Shown one piece after another: positions 1-18,049 of a DNA stretch of 64,000 nt. The translations under genes and the position numbers were made by a program. How positions within the stretch are numbered: the first letter of the stretch is position 1; each line of letters starts with the position of its first letter. This DNA comes from the human T2T-CHM13v2.0 reference genome, Homo sapiens: the NCBI RefSeq assembly GCF_009914755.1, contig NC_060925.1. One strand, 5' to 3'. The notes under the pieces were generated by a model. That model was not told where the DNA came from. It ran no database searches and saw only the letters and a program-made list of their open reading frames with translations.

Positions 1-2865
1 AATAAAATTGTCTTTACTTCTCATTAGAGTTACAAATTCTAAAATAAGTCATAGTTGGAAGGCATGGCAAGGAAACTAGCACAGCTATTCTAATTCCCAT
101 AATAACATTTACTTTTATTCTGCCGTTCACAAATTACCAAGTAGAATGTCTAAATGACACTCAAAAGTACTTTCCATAAATTACATTTACTCTCCCTGAG
201 ACATCAGCTTATTTTAAAAATTTATTTGAACACAAATATAACTAAGCAACTTTAAAAAATAGAATTTCGTGCCATCTAGGAAATAGATCTTTATATTCCA
301 AAATTCCTTTTTGGTTATAAAAGTCTTTAATTACCATAATAGCCTGCCTCAGAGACCTTCTGATAATATGTCAAATTAAGGTATCTAAAGCTGACTTTGA
401 GATTTCATTAATTTTATTAATTCTACAAATTCACGTTAGGCAACCCATATAAAAGACCCCACAAAAGAAAGTGTCGTAAAGATCCACTTTTAAACTGGAA
501 CTGTTTTTGGGTGACTAATAAGAACTGTGATTTTAAAAAGCGCTCCCTCTCTTACAAAACATCACCACAAAAGGAAAATAAAACTCAGGGATTTCATCAG
601 AGACTCTAAGGTTTAATTCAGTGGCCTGACATTATAAATCAGCTACTTCTTCCAAATCCAGCCCCCCCGCCCCACCCCGCCTCAAACTCCGAAGGGTTGG
701 TGGCATTATTTTTCAAAGGGAAAAATTCCAAATTATTTATGAAAATTGGATTTTCTAGAAACAATTTTTTCAGTCCAATCATTAGCTATCTTTCCCAAGT
801 TTGCATGTGTGGTTGGAGCTGTGAGTTCTGTAATCTGATGTAATTATGAATTACCCTTAATTCTCTGCAGCCCATCCCCAGTGGCCCCTGTAACAGAACA
901 AATTGGATATTATGAGATAACCAAGGGCTGCAAGGCCTCTGGTGGTCATGGGAGACAAACACCTTCATCCAGAACCTGCTACTTATCCCCATGTCTCTGC
1001 ACAAGGGTTCTCTTCCCATTCCACGTTTTATAATTTTTCTTCAGAAGTTCCTCCGGTGCAATCCATTCTATTTGGTTTCTCTGCCTCCCTCCCCCCAAAT
1101 CATCTGGACCCAATTTACAAACCCCAAACTGCCCAAGAATTTATGCAGGGCCTTTTCTGGGAGCGTCTGGAAGGGAAGTGTAAACCAGACAAGACAAAAC
1201 CCAGGAGCAGATCTGCTTTAACTCCGGTGGTTGGTCACAACTACCAAGGGGAGTGTTAGTCACCAGCGTGGGCCTCGCGCGGTGGCAGAGGGAAAGCCCT
1301 CGGGGCAGGAGCTGCAGGAGGGCCGCATGCGGAGGCTGGCTGGGCAAGAAGTGGAGGGCCTCACTCCGCCTCTCCTGGAGTCTCCAGGCTGGCAGGGCTA
1401 GAGCCTCTCTGCATCCGCCCCTGATCAGCGGGAAGATCTGCCAGTTCCGCAGGATCGGCTGCAACCCCCGACTCTCCAGGCTGGTCCACACAGAGGGATG
1501 TTTATCGAGAACAGTGGCGGGAAATCTTCTGCCTGGGAACCCCATGCGACCTGCGTGAGCCGCTCTGAGAAGGCAACCCGCAGAGCTTGACCTCTACTCG
1601 CTCCAGGGACTCCCCAGCCTCCAGCACCCCGCTGCCCGCACGGGGTTGAGGAGATTGGGAGGTTTCCTCTTCACTGTTGCATGGGGATGGGGGTGTGCGG
1701 GGAGGTGCATGTGGTCAGCTGGGAAGCCCAGCAGCGAGGCTTCCAGGGGTCGGAAGAGAGCGCGCGCGCGAGCCCCAGCCAGGCTGGGCTGCACGCGGCT
1801 GGGAAGCACATGTTCATACAAACACGACCACAAGGCGCTCTTTCTCCGCACCCTGCCTCCGCCTGCCCTCAGCTGACACGGTCAATTCTGTTCCTTGCCC
1901 TCCTCCCACCTAGCCTCCTGAGGGGCAGCCTCTCTGCAGAAGACTTCCACAGCCGCGTTCACCCTTCTCGCCCAGGGGCCAGAAGCAAACTTGTGTAACC
2001 CACTGACCTCTTCCAGGGGGACCAGGGCATCCAGCCAAAGCCGCGCAACCCCTGGTCCGAGCCCTTTTCCCAGGGAAGGCATGGGAGCAGGTACAGCGCC
2101 CAAAGGGGAGGTGGGGTGCCCGTCAGGACCCGCCCAAAACCTCCGCAGGAGGGGCAGGCCCGCCCCCGTGTCCTGCTCCCCTCCCCAGTCCCCGCCGCGA
2201 GTGCCACTTCCCCAGTGACAGGGCAATGATCAGGGCGCAGCCTCGGCTCGGATGGGCAACGTTTGTTGGCCTTCTAACCAGAGGGGATTGCCTCTGAGCC
2301 CGTGGGTAAAACAACCCCCCGACGCCCGAGGTTCTGCAGCCACCCCCTTCCCCCCGCTGGCGACCCTTCCTCACGCCTGAGTCCTGTGTTCCAGGCTGCG
2401 CACACTGACCCTGGGGGACCTCTAGCGTCACAGCAATCGCCAGGCTGGACGCCCTGAGAAGCACCTCGGGGAAGCAGGACCTCGACAGGGCCCTGCGGGA
2501 GGAGAAGGGGAGGAGGGCGCGAGGGCGGCGGGAGCTGGAGCCAGAGAGATCGTCGGAGCCCAGCTCTGGAGCTTAGGGAGCCGCTGCCCTGGACCTCGGG
2601 ACTCGCGCCAGCGAGCTTTTCCTCTCGAGCCAAAAGATCGCTTTAGCATAAACTGTCTGAGATCTGCTGGCACGAGGCATCCTTTCAAACACGGTATTTT
2701 GCAAGCTGAGAAGACAAGGGGAAGATACCGCGGGTACTCGGCCGCTCCTAAAGCCAAAAAGTGCCAAGGAGCCGGACTTCAGATCTCCATCAGGCTCAGC
2801 AGAACCAGGGGGTGGAGAGAGGGGTTGGTCTAAACCCTACCCTACCCGGCGGGTGGGCTACTTAC
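1..2865 (-). other. COL24A1: COL24A1 intron 1 (continues off the left edge)
   Basis: Begins at the GTAAGT donor; the next expected residues (KSLLHFIVLC) are not encoded in 1-2865. Confidence 0.85.
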
Positions 2866-2921
2866 GTTTTTGCCGTGGGGGAGACTTTTCCACGCCTTGT
2901 TCTGTGGGCTCTTAAATGCAT
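2866..2921 (-). CDS. COL24A1: Collagen alpha-1(XXIV) chain, first coding exon (56 nt, MHLRAHRTRRGKVSPTAK-T, phase-2 end)
   Basis: Translation matches the recalled N-terminus of human COL24A1. The frame ends at a consensus donor AAC|GTAAGT (plus strand acttac 2860-2865) and lies in a CpG island. Confidence 0.93.
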
Positions 2922-3470
2922 TTGTATGCATTTGTCCGTGCAGCAAAGCGCTAACGGAAAACAGAAGCCAACTCTGAACTGCTTAGGGTGCAGGTACTGT
3001 CCATGAAAAAGGGAAAAAACAATCACATGAAAACCATGCTTCAAACCCGCAACAAGAAAAAAAGGAGGGGAGGGGGTGAAGTCGGGAGGAGGTAGGAAAT
3101 AGCACCCGAAGGGGAGGACAGGCTTCCTAGCTCTCTGGCTCGGTAACGAACGAGCCCAGGGTTGCGCTCCCCGGGGAGGGCGGGCGAGGAGGTAAACCTC
3201 ACTGGGAGGCCTCGGGGCGCCGGCGGCAGCGGGAGCCGGGCTGCTAGTGCAGCACTCAAGTTCACTTGCGGTTCAAAGGCGACTCTGTGACTCCAGTGGA
3301 GTCCTCTGCTTTGGGCCTGGGAGGAGAAAGGGGTGGGGGTAGGGAAGGAGATGAAGTGGGGGAGGAAGTCCTTGGAAACAGCCCGCGCCCGAACGTTTGT
3401 CAAACAAGCACACACACCCACTTCGGAAATCAAGTCGGTGCGAGGGGGCCGGTGGCAACTGCAGGCGCTC
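2922..3470 (-). other. COL24A1: COL24A1 5' UTR / transcription-start region (TSS probably ~3300-3470)
   Basis: Sequence between the ATG and the CRE-containing GC-rich promoter; Inr-like CCACTGG at ~3293-3299; no clear TATA box. The exact TSS cannot be read from sequence. Confidence 0.6.
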
Positions 3471-3550
3471 GGCGTTGACTGCCGCCGGCTGCTTTGCCTG
3501 GAAGAAGAGGAGCCAAGCAAATCCGGCCGGTGTTAAATTTCACCGCTCAC

Positions 3551-3568
3551 TGACTTGCAATGACATCA
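3551..3568. promoter_or_regulatory. CRE/ATF-AP1-like element TGACATCA (3561-3568) next to TGACTTGCAA
   Basis: One-mismatch CRE upstream of the start region; Col24a1 is known to be driven by CREB/ATF/AP-1 factors in osteoblasts. Confidence 0.65.
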
Positions 3569-4102
3569 CCAAACACTGCGCACACCTCCCCCTCTGCCCC
3601 CGCAACCTTCCCCGACCCAGCGTCCGGCCCAGGCGCCCCCGTTCGCCAGCCCTTCGGGGTCGGGCTGGGCCACCGCACCCCGGGCGCGCTCGCCTCCGCC
3701 TGGGTACGACCCGGATGGTCTCCTTTCCCACTTATAGGCAGCTAGTATCCTTCCTTCCATACCATGTTCATGCTCCATTCCCCATCTCAGCAGTCCCCAA
3801 TTTGATGTTTCCCTCTTGCTTCTCTCTCATCCCCAATCTTTTTCTCTACCCTTTTCACCCACATCTTCTGAAATCACACTTAGAGGAGGCCTTCATTACC
3901 CTGCGACCTTCTTGCCTTCTTTGCAGTTAGGCCAGTGGCCTACGTGGTATTATTAAATGACTTTAACTGTCCTCATTTCTACCTTTCCTCCCTTTACTCC
4001 TTCCTTTCAGTCTGTCCCCCTTACGACCTTCTACTGACTTTTCTCCTGTAATTCACCTTTCTGCCTTTTCCTGTCTACAAGTATTACTGGTTCACAGCAA
4101 GA

Positions 4103-4310
4103 GCACACCACACACACTACAGTCACACAGTCTCTCTCTCTCTCACACGCACACACCACTACCTTAACAATTTGAATACCTTCTCCAACTTTTGTAGCAA
4201 ATTTCTTCTTTTGATACAAGTCTCTATGCCCCCATGGCCTTATACTAAGAAATCCACCTTCTGATTTTTGCAAAAACAAAAACAAACAAACAAACAAACA
4301 GAAAACAAAC
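4103..4310. repeat. (CA)/(TC) and (AAAC)n simple repeats
   Basis: Directly visible at 4103-4158 and 4270-4310. Confidence 0.8.
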
Positions 4311-4644
4311 GTTCTGATTTTATCTTCCTTATTAATAAGACTGGAAACTCCAAGAGGCCAGGAATCTATTGTGTTGTTCATAGTTGTGTTCTTAGCACCT
4401 ACCTGGCATATCTGTTGAATGAATGCTGCATATCACTGAGAATCATTGCTCCAAATTTTTCTTGTCTAGCCTGTGTGCCTTCCACAGCTAATGACCCTTC
4501 CACATGCTGAAAGGGATCCCACATTACACACACATTATAAAGGTTAAAGTGATCATATTGGTGAATGACAATGATTGATGTGACTCTCAAGCTTGGTAAT
4601 TTTTTAAATGCAAGAATATAGAAATTCATTATGCCCCCCTCAAT

Positions 4645-5570
<926 letters not shown>

Positions 5571-7226
5571 GTTTTTGTAACAAATAACCACAGATTTCTG
5601 AAATATTCCTAGAAATCCAGGACTGAGGGAAGGCAGCCGTTCTTAAATGCCCTTAATTTCTGTTTTTTCTGCTTTTTCCTACTAGTCAGCTAAAGAAGGA
5701 CAGCTAATTTGGTTTGATGGAAAGAACAATAGATGAAAATTGAGTAGACTTAAGTAACTCAATCTCTGTCTCCATTTTTCCATCAGATACACTTCAGGAA
5801 TAAAGTCTTTTTTTCTGTTTGCAATATTGAGTCTGAAGAATAGAATGCTGTAGGAAATGAAGTTTTTAAAATGTATTTCAGGTTGAGTATAAGAAGATGA
5901 CAGTTGCTAGTTAGAGTTAGTGGAACCTTTATCATGCAGAAGATTCCAAAGAGCACACATACCTTCAGACAGAGTACTTTATTTGGGGAGAGGAGGCATT
6001 TGTCCAGTAAAAGATAAACAATATAAGTTTTAACTGCTATAGACATTATAGGATGATGGAGATTAGCATAGATCAATTGATCAAGACAGATTAAGCAGAC
6101 ACCTTGTGACTTAGCTGGTCCATGAAAAGCAAAAAGGATTTACAAAGATAGAGAGGAGAAAGGTGGTATGATTGGAAGTGGAGAGTAGATGACTAACAGC
6201 AAATGAACCAAGAAGAGTATATCTAAATTATATCCAGAGGAATGGAACAGACTCATCAGACTGGATTAGACGTTTGTGCATTGGAAGAGAGGTTGAAGGC
6301 AAACTATGAAAATCCCTGAATGTCAGGATAAGGGTTCATTTATCATATTACCAACTATGTGCCTAGAATTCTTCTGGGCACTGAGTTACAGCAGTGGACA
6401 AAATACATGAAAATCCTTCCCTTTATGGAGTTTAAATCCTACTGCTTAAGATTTATGCCTACAGCCAATAAAAAACTATTAGACTTTCGATTTCTCCATA
6501 CTCCCATTTTAAGATGAGTCAGCATCAGATGCCAGGATTGAAAAGGGGATAAGTTAGGTGTAGATGTTGAGATAGGTTCCGACTATAATCGGAATGGTAG
6601 GAAAGCTAAATAAGAAAATCATTACTAAAATAAATCAATATCTGATAACTGGTTAGATTGGGAAGGGAGAAGGCATAGATGAAATTGAAAGCCTGAATGA
6701 TAAAGAAATTATGATATTGGCCAATGTCAAAGGGTCAGAAAACTAATTCACACTGAGACATATTATATTATGTTTAAAACCATGGTAAGACATTCTTTTG
6801 GAGCTATTCAATAGAGCAGAAGAGAGAGAGTTCAGGAGAGAGGCCAGAACTAGAGTGTTAGATTTCTTCATCATCTGCACAAAATGGTATTTGAAGCCTT
6901 GACAGTAGAGTCTATTTTTAAAGAAGAGACTATCAAAACAGAGAATAGAGCACCAAAGATATAAACTTAGACTCCAGAAAGTGAAAGGAAACAGTACAGA
7001 ACTAAAGGAGATAGAACAAGAGGCATATAACATTATTTAAATAATAGTATAGGGGCTCAAAAAACAATATAGCAAATACTTCATAATGCTTACTATGCAT
7101 CAGTATTTATTCTGTTTATTATAAACTTATTTTATCCCTTAAAATTCTATTAAATTAGATATTATTTATCTTCCTTATAAAGAGAAGAAAATAAAGGATT
7201 AAATAGCCTGAGATTATAAAACTGAA

Positions 7227-7549
<323 letters not shown>

Positions 7550-7611
7550 TGATCATCAATATTTAAACCAATTCAGACTGGCTCTCGATGAAGTCCATGC
7601 TCTCAATAATT

Positions 7612-7650
7612 TCTCTCTCTCTCTCTCTCTCTCTCACTCACTCTCTCTCT
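7612..7650. repeat. (CT)n microsatellite
   Basis: Directly visible. Confidence 0.9.
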
Positions 7651-8671
7651 CCTTATAAGGATATAAGATTCAGTATGTAATGAAGGTGGTATTTCAAAAC
7701 TATATAGAAAGGAAGACCTGCTTTACAAATAGTGCTGAAACAATTCATCTTGAGGAGGAAAAAGTTATCACTACCTCATGCTGTATACCAAAGGAAACTC
7801 CATATACATTAATGGGCTACAAAAATATTAAATTCTGTAAAGATTTAGAAATAAATATATGTAAAAATTTCTTCTTTAGAGGTGAGGAAGTCTCTTTTAA
7901 GAATAAAAGCACATGACAAAACCAAAAAGATTATTTATATTTACTAATTTACCTAATATTTATGGGACAGCAATAGGTTCCAGACACTTTGCTAAAAACT
8001 GGGGATGAAAATCATCAAGCAGATTCATCCCTGCTCTGGAAGATATGCAGTCTCTCAGAAAGACAAAGCTGAATGCAGTGCAATTTAAAATTTCCAAGTC
8101 ATAAAATAAAGAAACAAAAATCTCACACAATATAAACAAATGAAAAGACAAATGACAAACTGAGGTAGCATAAAAATGCTACCAACTTTAACAGAGAACC
8201 TAATTTATTTGTAGTACATGGCAGACAATTAACATCTTTAATAAACTTTTATGTTGAAATAATTTCAAATTTATACCAAAACAGTGTGAAAAATTTCTGT
8301 ATGCCCTTTCCCCTATATTCAGCAATGTTAAGATTTTACCACATTGATGTTATTATATTCTCCCTCTTTCTCTTTCTCCCCGAAATGTTTGAGAGTAATC
8401 TGCAGGCATTATGCTGATTAACCCCTTCAGTATACACCATCTGTGTGTATTTCCCAAAAATAAGGATATTCTTTTCCACAACCACAGCTCAATGATCAAA
8501 ATTAGGAAACTAATACTTACACAGCACTATTATTTAATGTATGGAGCTATTCAAATTTCATAAATTATTTCTGTTTCTCATAGGAAACTCCCCCTTCTTT
8601 TTCCTGCTTCAGGATCACATCGTGTATTTAGTTGCATTTAGTCTCCTTTGATCTGGAAAAGTTTCCAAGGC

Positions 8672-8780
8672 GGAGTGACCAACCCATCACTATTTGCCCA
8701 ACTTTCCTGCTTTTGGCACTGAAAGTTCTATGTTTTGGGAACCCCACTCAGTCCCAGGCAAACTTGAATGGTTGGTTATT
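8672..8780 (+). mobile_element. MER81-like hAT MITE
   Basis: gtgaccaacc...ggttggtta termini with internal gcactgaaagt and ctcagtcccaggcaaac. Confidence 0.7.
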
Positions 8781-9083
8781 TCATGACCTTGACCATTTTT
8801 AAACAGTTCAGATTTTATTAATTATTTTTGTAGAATGTCAAGATCTTTAATATGTGAAGATTTATATATATATATATATTATTATACTTTAAGTTCTAGG
8901 GTACATGTGCACAACGTGCAGGTTTGTTACAAATGTATACATGTGCCATGTTGGTGTGCTGCACCCATTAAGTCATCATTAACATTAGGTATATCTCCTA
9001 ATGCTATCCTTCCCCCATCCCCCACCCCACAACAGGCCCCAGTGTATGATGTTCCCCTTCCTGTGTCCCAGTGTTCTCATTTT

Positions 9084-12899
<3,816 letters not shown>

Positions 12900-12962
12900 T
12901 ATGATGTTAGCTGGTTATTTTGCCTGTTAGTTGATGCAGTTTCTTCCTAGCCTGGATGGTCT

Positions 12963-13981
12963 TTACAATTTGGCATGTTTTTGCAGTGGCTGGTACTGGT
13001 TGTTCCTTTCCATGTTTAGTGCTTCCTTCAGGAGCTCTTTTAGGGCAGGCCTGGTGGTGACAAAATCTCTCAGAATTTGTTTGTCCATAAAGGATTTTAT
13101 TTCTCCTTCACTTATGAAGCTTAGTTTTGCTGGATATGAAATTCTGGGTTGAAAATTCTTTTCTTTAAGAATGTTGAATATTGGCCCCCACTCTCTTCTG
13201 GCTTGTAGAGTTTCTGCCAAGTGATCCACTGTTAGTCTGATGGGCTTCCCTTTGTGGTTAACCCGACCTTTCTCTCTGGCTGCCCTTAACATTTTTTCCT
13301 TCATTTCAACTTTGGTGAATCTGAGAATTATGTGTCTTGGAATTGCTCTTCTCGAGGAGTATCTTTGTGGCATTCTCTGTATTTCCTGAATTTGGATGTT
13401 GGCCTGCCTTGCGAGGTTGCAGAAGTTCTCCTGGATAATATCCTGCAGAGTGTTTTCCAACTTGGTTTCATTCTCCCCATCACTTTCAGGTACACCAATT
13501 AGATGTAGATTTGGTTTTTTTCATATAGTCCCATATTTCTTGGAGGCTTTGTTCATTTCTTTTTATTCTTTTTTCTCTAAACTTCTCTTCTCGCTTCATT
13601 TCATTCATTTGATCTCCAATCACTGATACCCTTTCTTCCAGTTGATCAAATGGGCTACTGAAGCTTGTGCATTCACAATGTAGTTCTCGTGCCATGGTTT
13701 TCAGCTCCATCAGGTCATTTAAGGAATTCTCTACATTGGTTATTCTAGTTAGCCATTCGTCTAATCTTTTGTCAAGGTTTTTAACTTCTTTGCGATCGGT
13801 TTGAACTTCCTCCTTTAGCTCGGAGAAGTTTGATCATCTGAAGACTTCTTCTCTCAATTCGTCAAAGTCGTTCTCTGTCCAGCTTTGTTCCATTGCTGGT
13901 GAGGAGCTGCATTCCTTTGGAGGAGGAGAGGCGCTCTGATTTTTAGAATTTTCAGTTTTTCTGCTCTGTTTTTTTCCCCAT
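12963..13981 (-). pseudogene. L1 ORF1, frameshifted
   Basis: ATG at 13981 followed by A7 instead of A6; second shift near 13515; C-terminal ORF 12963..13460 ends QKHAKL. Confidence 0.9.
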
Positions 13982-14554
13982 CTTTGTGGTTTTATCTACT
14001 TTTGGTCTTTGATGATGGTGACGTACAGATGAGGTTTTGGTTTGGATGTCCTTTCTGTTTGTTAGTTTTCCTTATAACAGTCAGGACCCTTAGCTGCAGG
14101 TCTGTTGGAGTTTGCTGGAGGTCCACTCCAGACCCTGTTTGCCTGGCTATCAGCAGTGGAGGCAGCAGAACAGCGAATATTGGTAAACAGCAAATGTTGC
14201 TGTCTGATCGTTCCTCTGAAAGTTTTGTCTCAGAGGGGTACCCGGCCGTGTGAGGTGTCAGTCTGCCCCTACTGGGAGTGCCTCCCAGTTAGGCTACTCA
14301 GGGGTCAGGGACCCACTTGAGGAGGCAGTCTGTCTTTCTCAGATCTCAAACTCTGTGCTGGGAGAAACACTACTCTCTTCAAAGCTGTCAGACAGGGACA
14401 TTTAAGTCTGCAGAGGTTTCTACTGCCTTTTGTTTGGCTATGCCCTGCCCCCAGAGGTGGAGTCTACAGAGGCAGGCAGGCCTCCTTGAGCTGAGGTGGG
14501 CTCCACCCAGTTCAAGCTTCCTGGCCGCTTTGTTTACCTAATCAAGCCTCAGCA

Positions 14555-14788
14555 ATGGTGGGCACCCCTCCCCAAGCCTCGCTGCCACCTTGCAGTTCGA
14601 TCTCAGACTGCTGTGCTAGCAATGAGCTAGGCTCCGTGGGTGTGGGACCCTCTGAGCCAGGCGCGGGATGTAATCTCCTGGTGTGCCGTTTGCTAAGACC
14701 ATTGGAAAAGCGTAGTATTAGGGTGGGAGTGACCCAATTTTCCAGGTGCCATCTGTCACAGCTTTGCTTAGGAAAGGGAATTCCCTGA
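14555..14788 (+). CDS. L1 antisense ORF0 (77 aa), open
   Basis: MVGTPPQASLPPCSSISDCCASN... closely matches primate L1 ORF0 (MAGAPPPASLPPCSLISDCCASN...); gcaATGg context. Expression unknown. Confidence 0.7.
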   Translation: MVGTPPQASLPPCSSISDCCASNELGSVGVGPSEPGAGCNLLVCRLLRPLEKRSIRVGVTQFSRCHLSQLCLGKGIP

Positions 14789-14963
14789 CCCCTTGTGCTT
14801 CCCAGATGAGGCGGTGCCTCATCCTGCTTCAGCTCTTGCTCGGTGCACTGCACCCACTGTCCTGCACCCACTGTCTGACAAGCCCCAGTGAGATGAACCC
14901 AGTACCTCAGTTGGAAATGCAGAAATCACCCGTCTTCTGTGTCGCTCATGCTGGGAGCTATAG

Positions 14964-15303
<340 letters not shown>

Positions 15304-15309
15304 ATAGAT

Positions 15310-16010
15310 TTCTTATGTCAGTAAGAAAAGTGATGAATATAGATAGAAGTGTAGAAAATGCAATTTACATAGGAAGAAATAAAATTGGCCCAAAACATAT
15401 AAAAATGTTTACCTAATTCAGTTCAAAAAATTCAAGTTAATACAATAAGCTCCCAGAGCAAATGACAAAGATTTTTTAAAATTATAACATCCAATGTTGG
15501 TGAGGGCAGAGTTAAGCAGGTACTCTTAAAAACAACTAGAGGGAAAGTTGCCAGTACTCAGTAAGAGCCTTAAAAATGTCATATTTTTTAAAACTAGAAA
15601 TGCATCTTAAGTAAATACTAATCACATTCTGCCCATGAAAACATATGTATAAGGATGATAATTACAGTGTTATTATATTTCTAGATAACAAATCATAGTA
15701 CATTCATACAATACTATGCAACTACAAAAAATAACATTAGAGAGACTATTTCTTAACATGAAAAAATTCTTATAATATTTTAGGTGGAACAAACAAGATT
15801 AAAAACTTATAAAATATATATGAGTGTCATAGTATATATTGTGTATCCTAGAAAAAAGACTGAAGTGAAATATACCAAAATATTAATAGTAGCATAAAGA
15901 GAATTTCTGGGTGGTAAAATTGGGGATGCTGATTTAAATTTTATCCCTTATTCATTTTTATTTTGCCATTTTTATTTTTTATAATAAGCATGTATTATTT
16001 ACATAAATCA
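15310..16010 (+). mobile_element. L1ME-type fragments, probably continuing those at 7660-8240
   Basis: Degenerate L1 ORF2-end/3' UTR motifs (ccaatgttggtgagggc, tagtacattcatacaat). Confidence 0.5.
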
Positions 16011-16617
16011 GAAAAGCACATAAGAGTTTCAAGATTGAGGGAAAGAGATTGGGCTCCTGAGGACTATATGGATGGTTTGGAATAACTAACATGGAAAAGA
16101 TTCTAGGGAAGGAGCAAAAAGACATCGATAATGGATTAAGATGTGTTTGTGTAGCTAGAGGAAGACAGAGCCATAAATTGAGTTCGACTCTAGAGCAACC
16201 AAATAGGTAGATATGTAAACACTTGTATAGTCATGCCAGGGGAAAACTCTACATTTTTAATGCCACATTGAAAGTTTGTCTTCAAAAATCTCCCTATAAT
16301 TGTCTCTCCATAACAAGTTAAAGCAAGCTGGAGCCCTCTACTGGATTAGTCTTCTAGGAAGGGTAGAATTTATATTTGAAATTATAAAATGACAGGTTGA
16401 TATGCTTCCATTCAGAGATGGAGGTTTTTCATGTTCAGTGCTCCCAAGACTAATTTTCTACTAACCAGTTACTAATTTTTACAACATCTTCTAGTATAAG
16501 GGGAAAGATTATTCTTTTACTAATGAAAAGAAGAGGGTGAATGGAATTGGACTGCAGAGAATTCTCAATCAGCTGAGATAACTACACACAACTGACCAAT
16601 GTTTTCTTGAATATCTA

Positions 16618-17058
<441 letters not shown>

Positions 17059-18049
17059 AATATTTCAATAATAGTTGCCATTTGGAATTATTAAAGGGCC
17101 AAATAAAATATTTTGCTTCTCTCATGTTTCATTATATCTTTGATTGTTTTATAATAAGGTTTATTTTCTCCATCTGTGATTAGCACCACAATTTCCCAAA
17201 GGCTTATTTAAAATGTTTTAGTATTTTTTACATGAATACTAATAAAAATGCTATCAACTTTAACAGAGAACCTAATTTATAGAAACCAGTGATAGACTAG
17301 CATCATCTAAAGTCATATGAGAACTGATTGTGGATAGTCATCGGCCTGAGATAACACATAAGAACACTGAGTCAATCTCATGATCCTCTATCACCACCTT
17401 TAGCAAAAATTCCTCTCACTTTACTAAGTACATTAGAAAATTCAACATGGGAAATTTATATTTTCTCTTTTCCAACAATTACAAAGTGAACTCAGGCCAC
17501 ACACTTTTTCAAAAAAGGAAAACAGACAAATGGTAAGAGTATTTTCTGAGGCGTAGAAGTGGAAGAAACTTTTCCATATTTTGGAATAAGATTCTTGCAA
17601 CAATGGCAATATTATGAAAGATCATAAAAATATCAGTTTTTCCATGGAAGAGGAGGAAAAGTTAATTTGCACCAGGCCAGTCTCTGAAATTAATAGGGAG
17701 GCAATGAATGTCTGCAGATGCCACCACATGATTTCAAGTCTTGGCATAAAATGAGAAAGGGGGTATCCATTCCTGCCAAAGTAAAACTTCTATATAACCC
17801 ATATCAAAATCTGTTTAGTTCCTGCAAGGAGATTTAATTCTCCTACAAGGAGAATTTAATAAAAATATGAATATTTTAGCATATGCAAAGTTCAAACAAT
17901 CATATTCAAAATTATTATAGTGATGTCAAGATTGCTTAAACTCTAAACAGCAGAGCTCTAAGGGACACATGCGATTGTTTTCAGGTAGTCTGACTGCTGA
18001 AGAGAATTTGAGGAACAAAGGGAAGCTGGAGTAGGGAGACAAAGAGATA

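Larger units (their letters stand above)
1260..3720. promoter_or_regulatory. CpG island over COL24A1 promoter, exon 1 and start of intron 1
   Basis: Sharp rise in GC and CpG relative to AT-rich flanks; GC boxes; (CG)5 at 1761-1770. Confidence 0.9.

Noticed and set aside
786-2767. Many 60-134 aa ORFs in the intronic CpG island
   Set aside because: Expected from stop-poor GC-rich DNA; overlapping on both strands; no recognisable domains.
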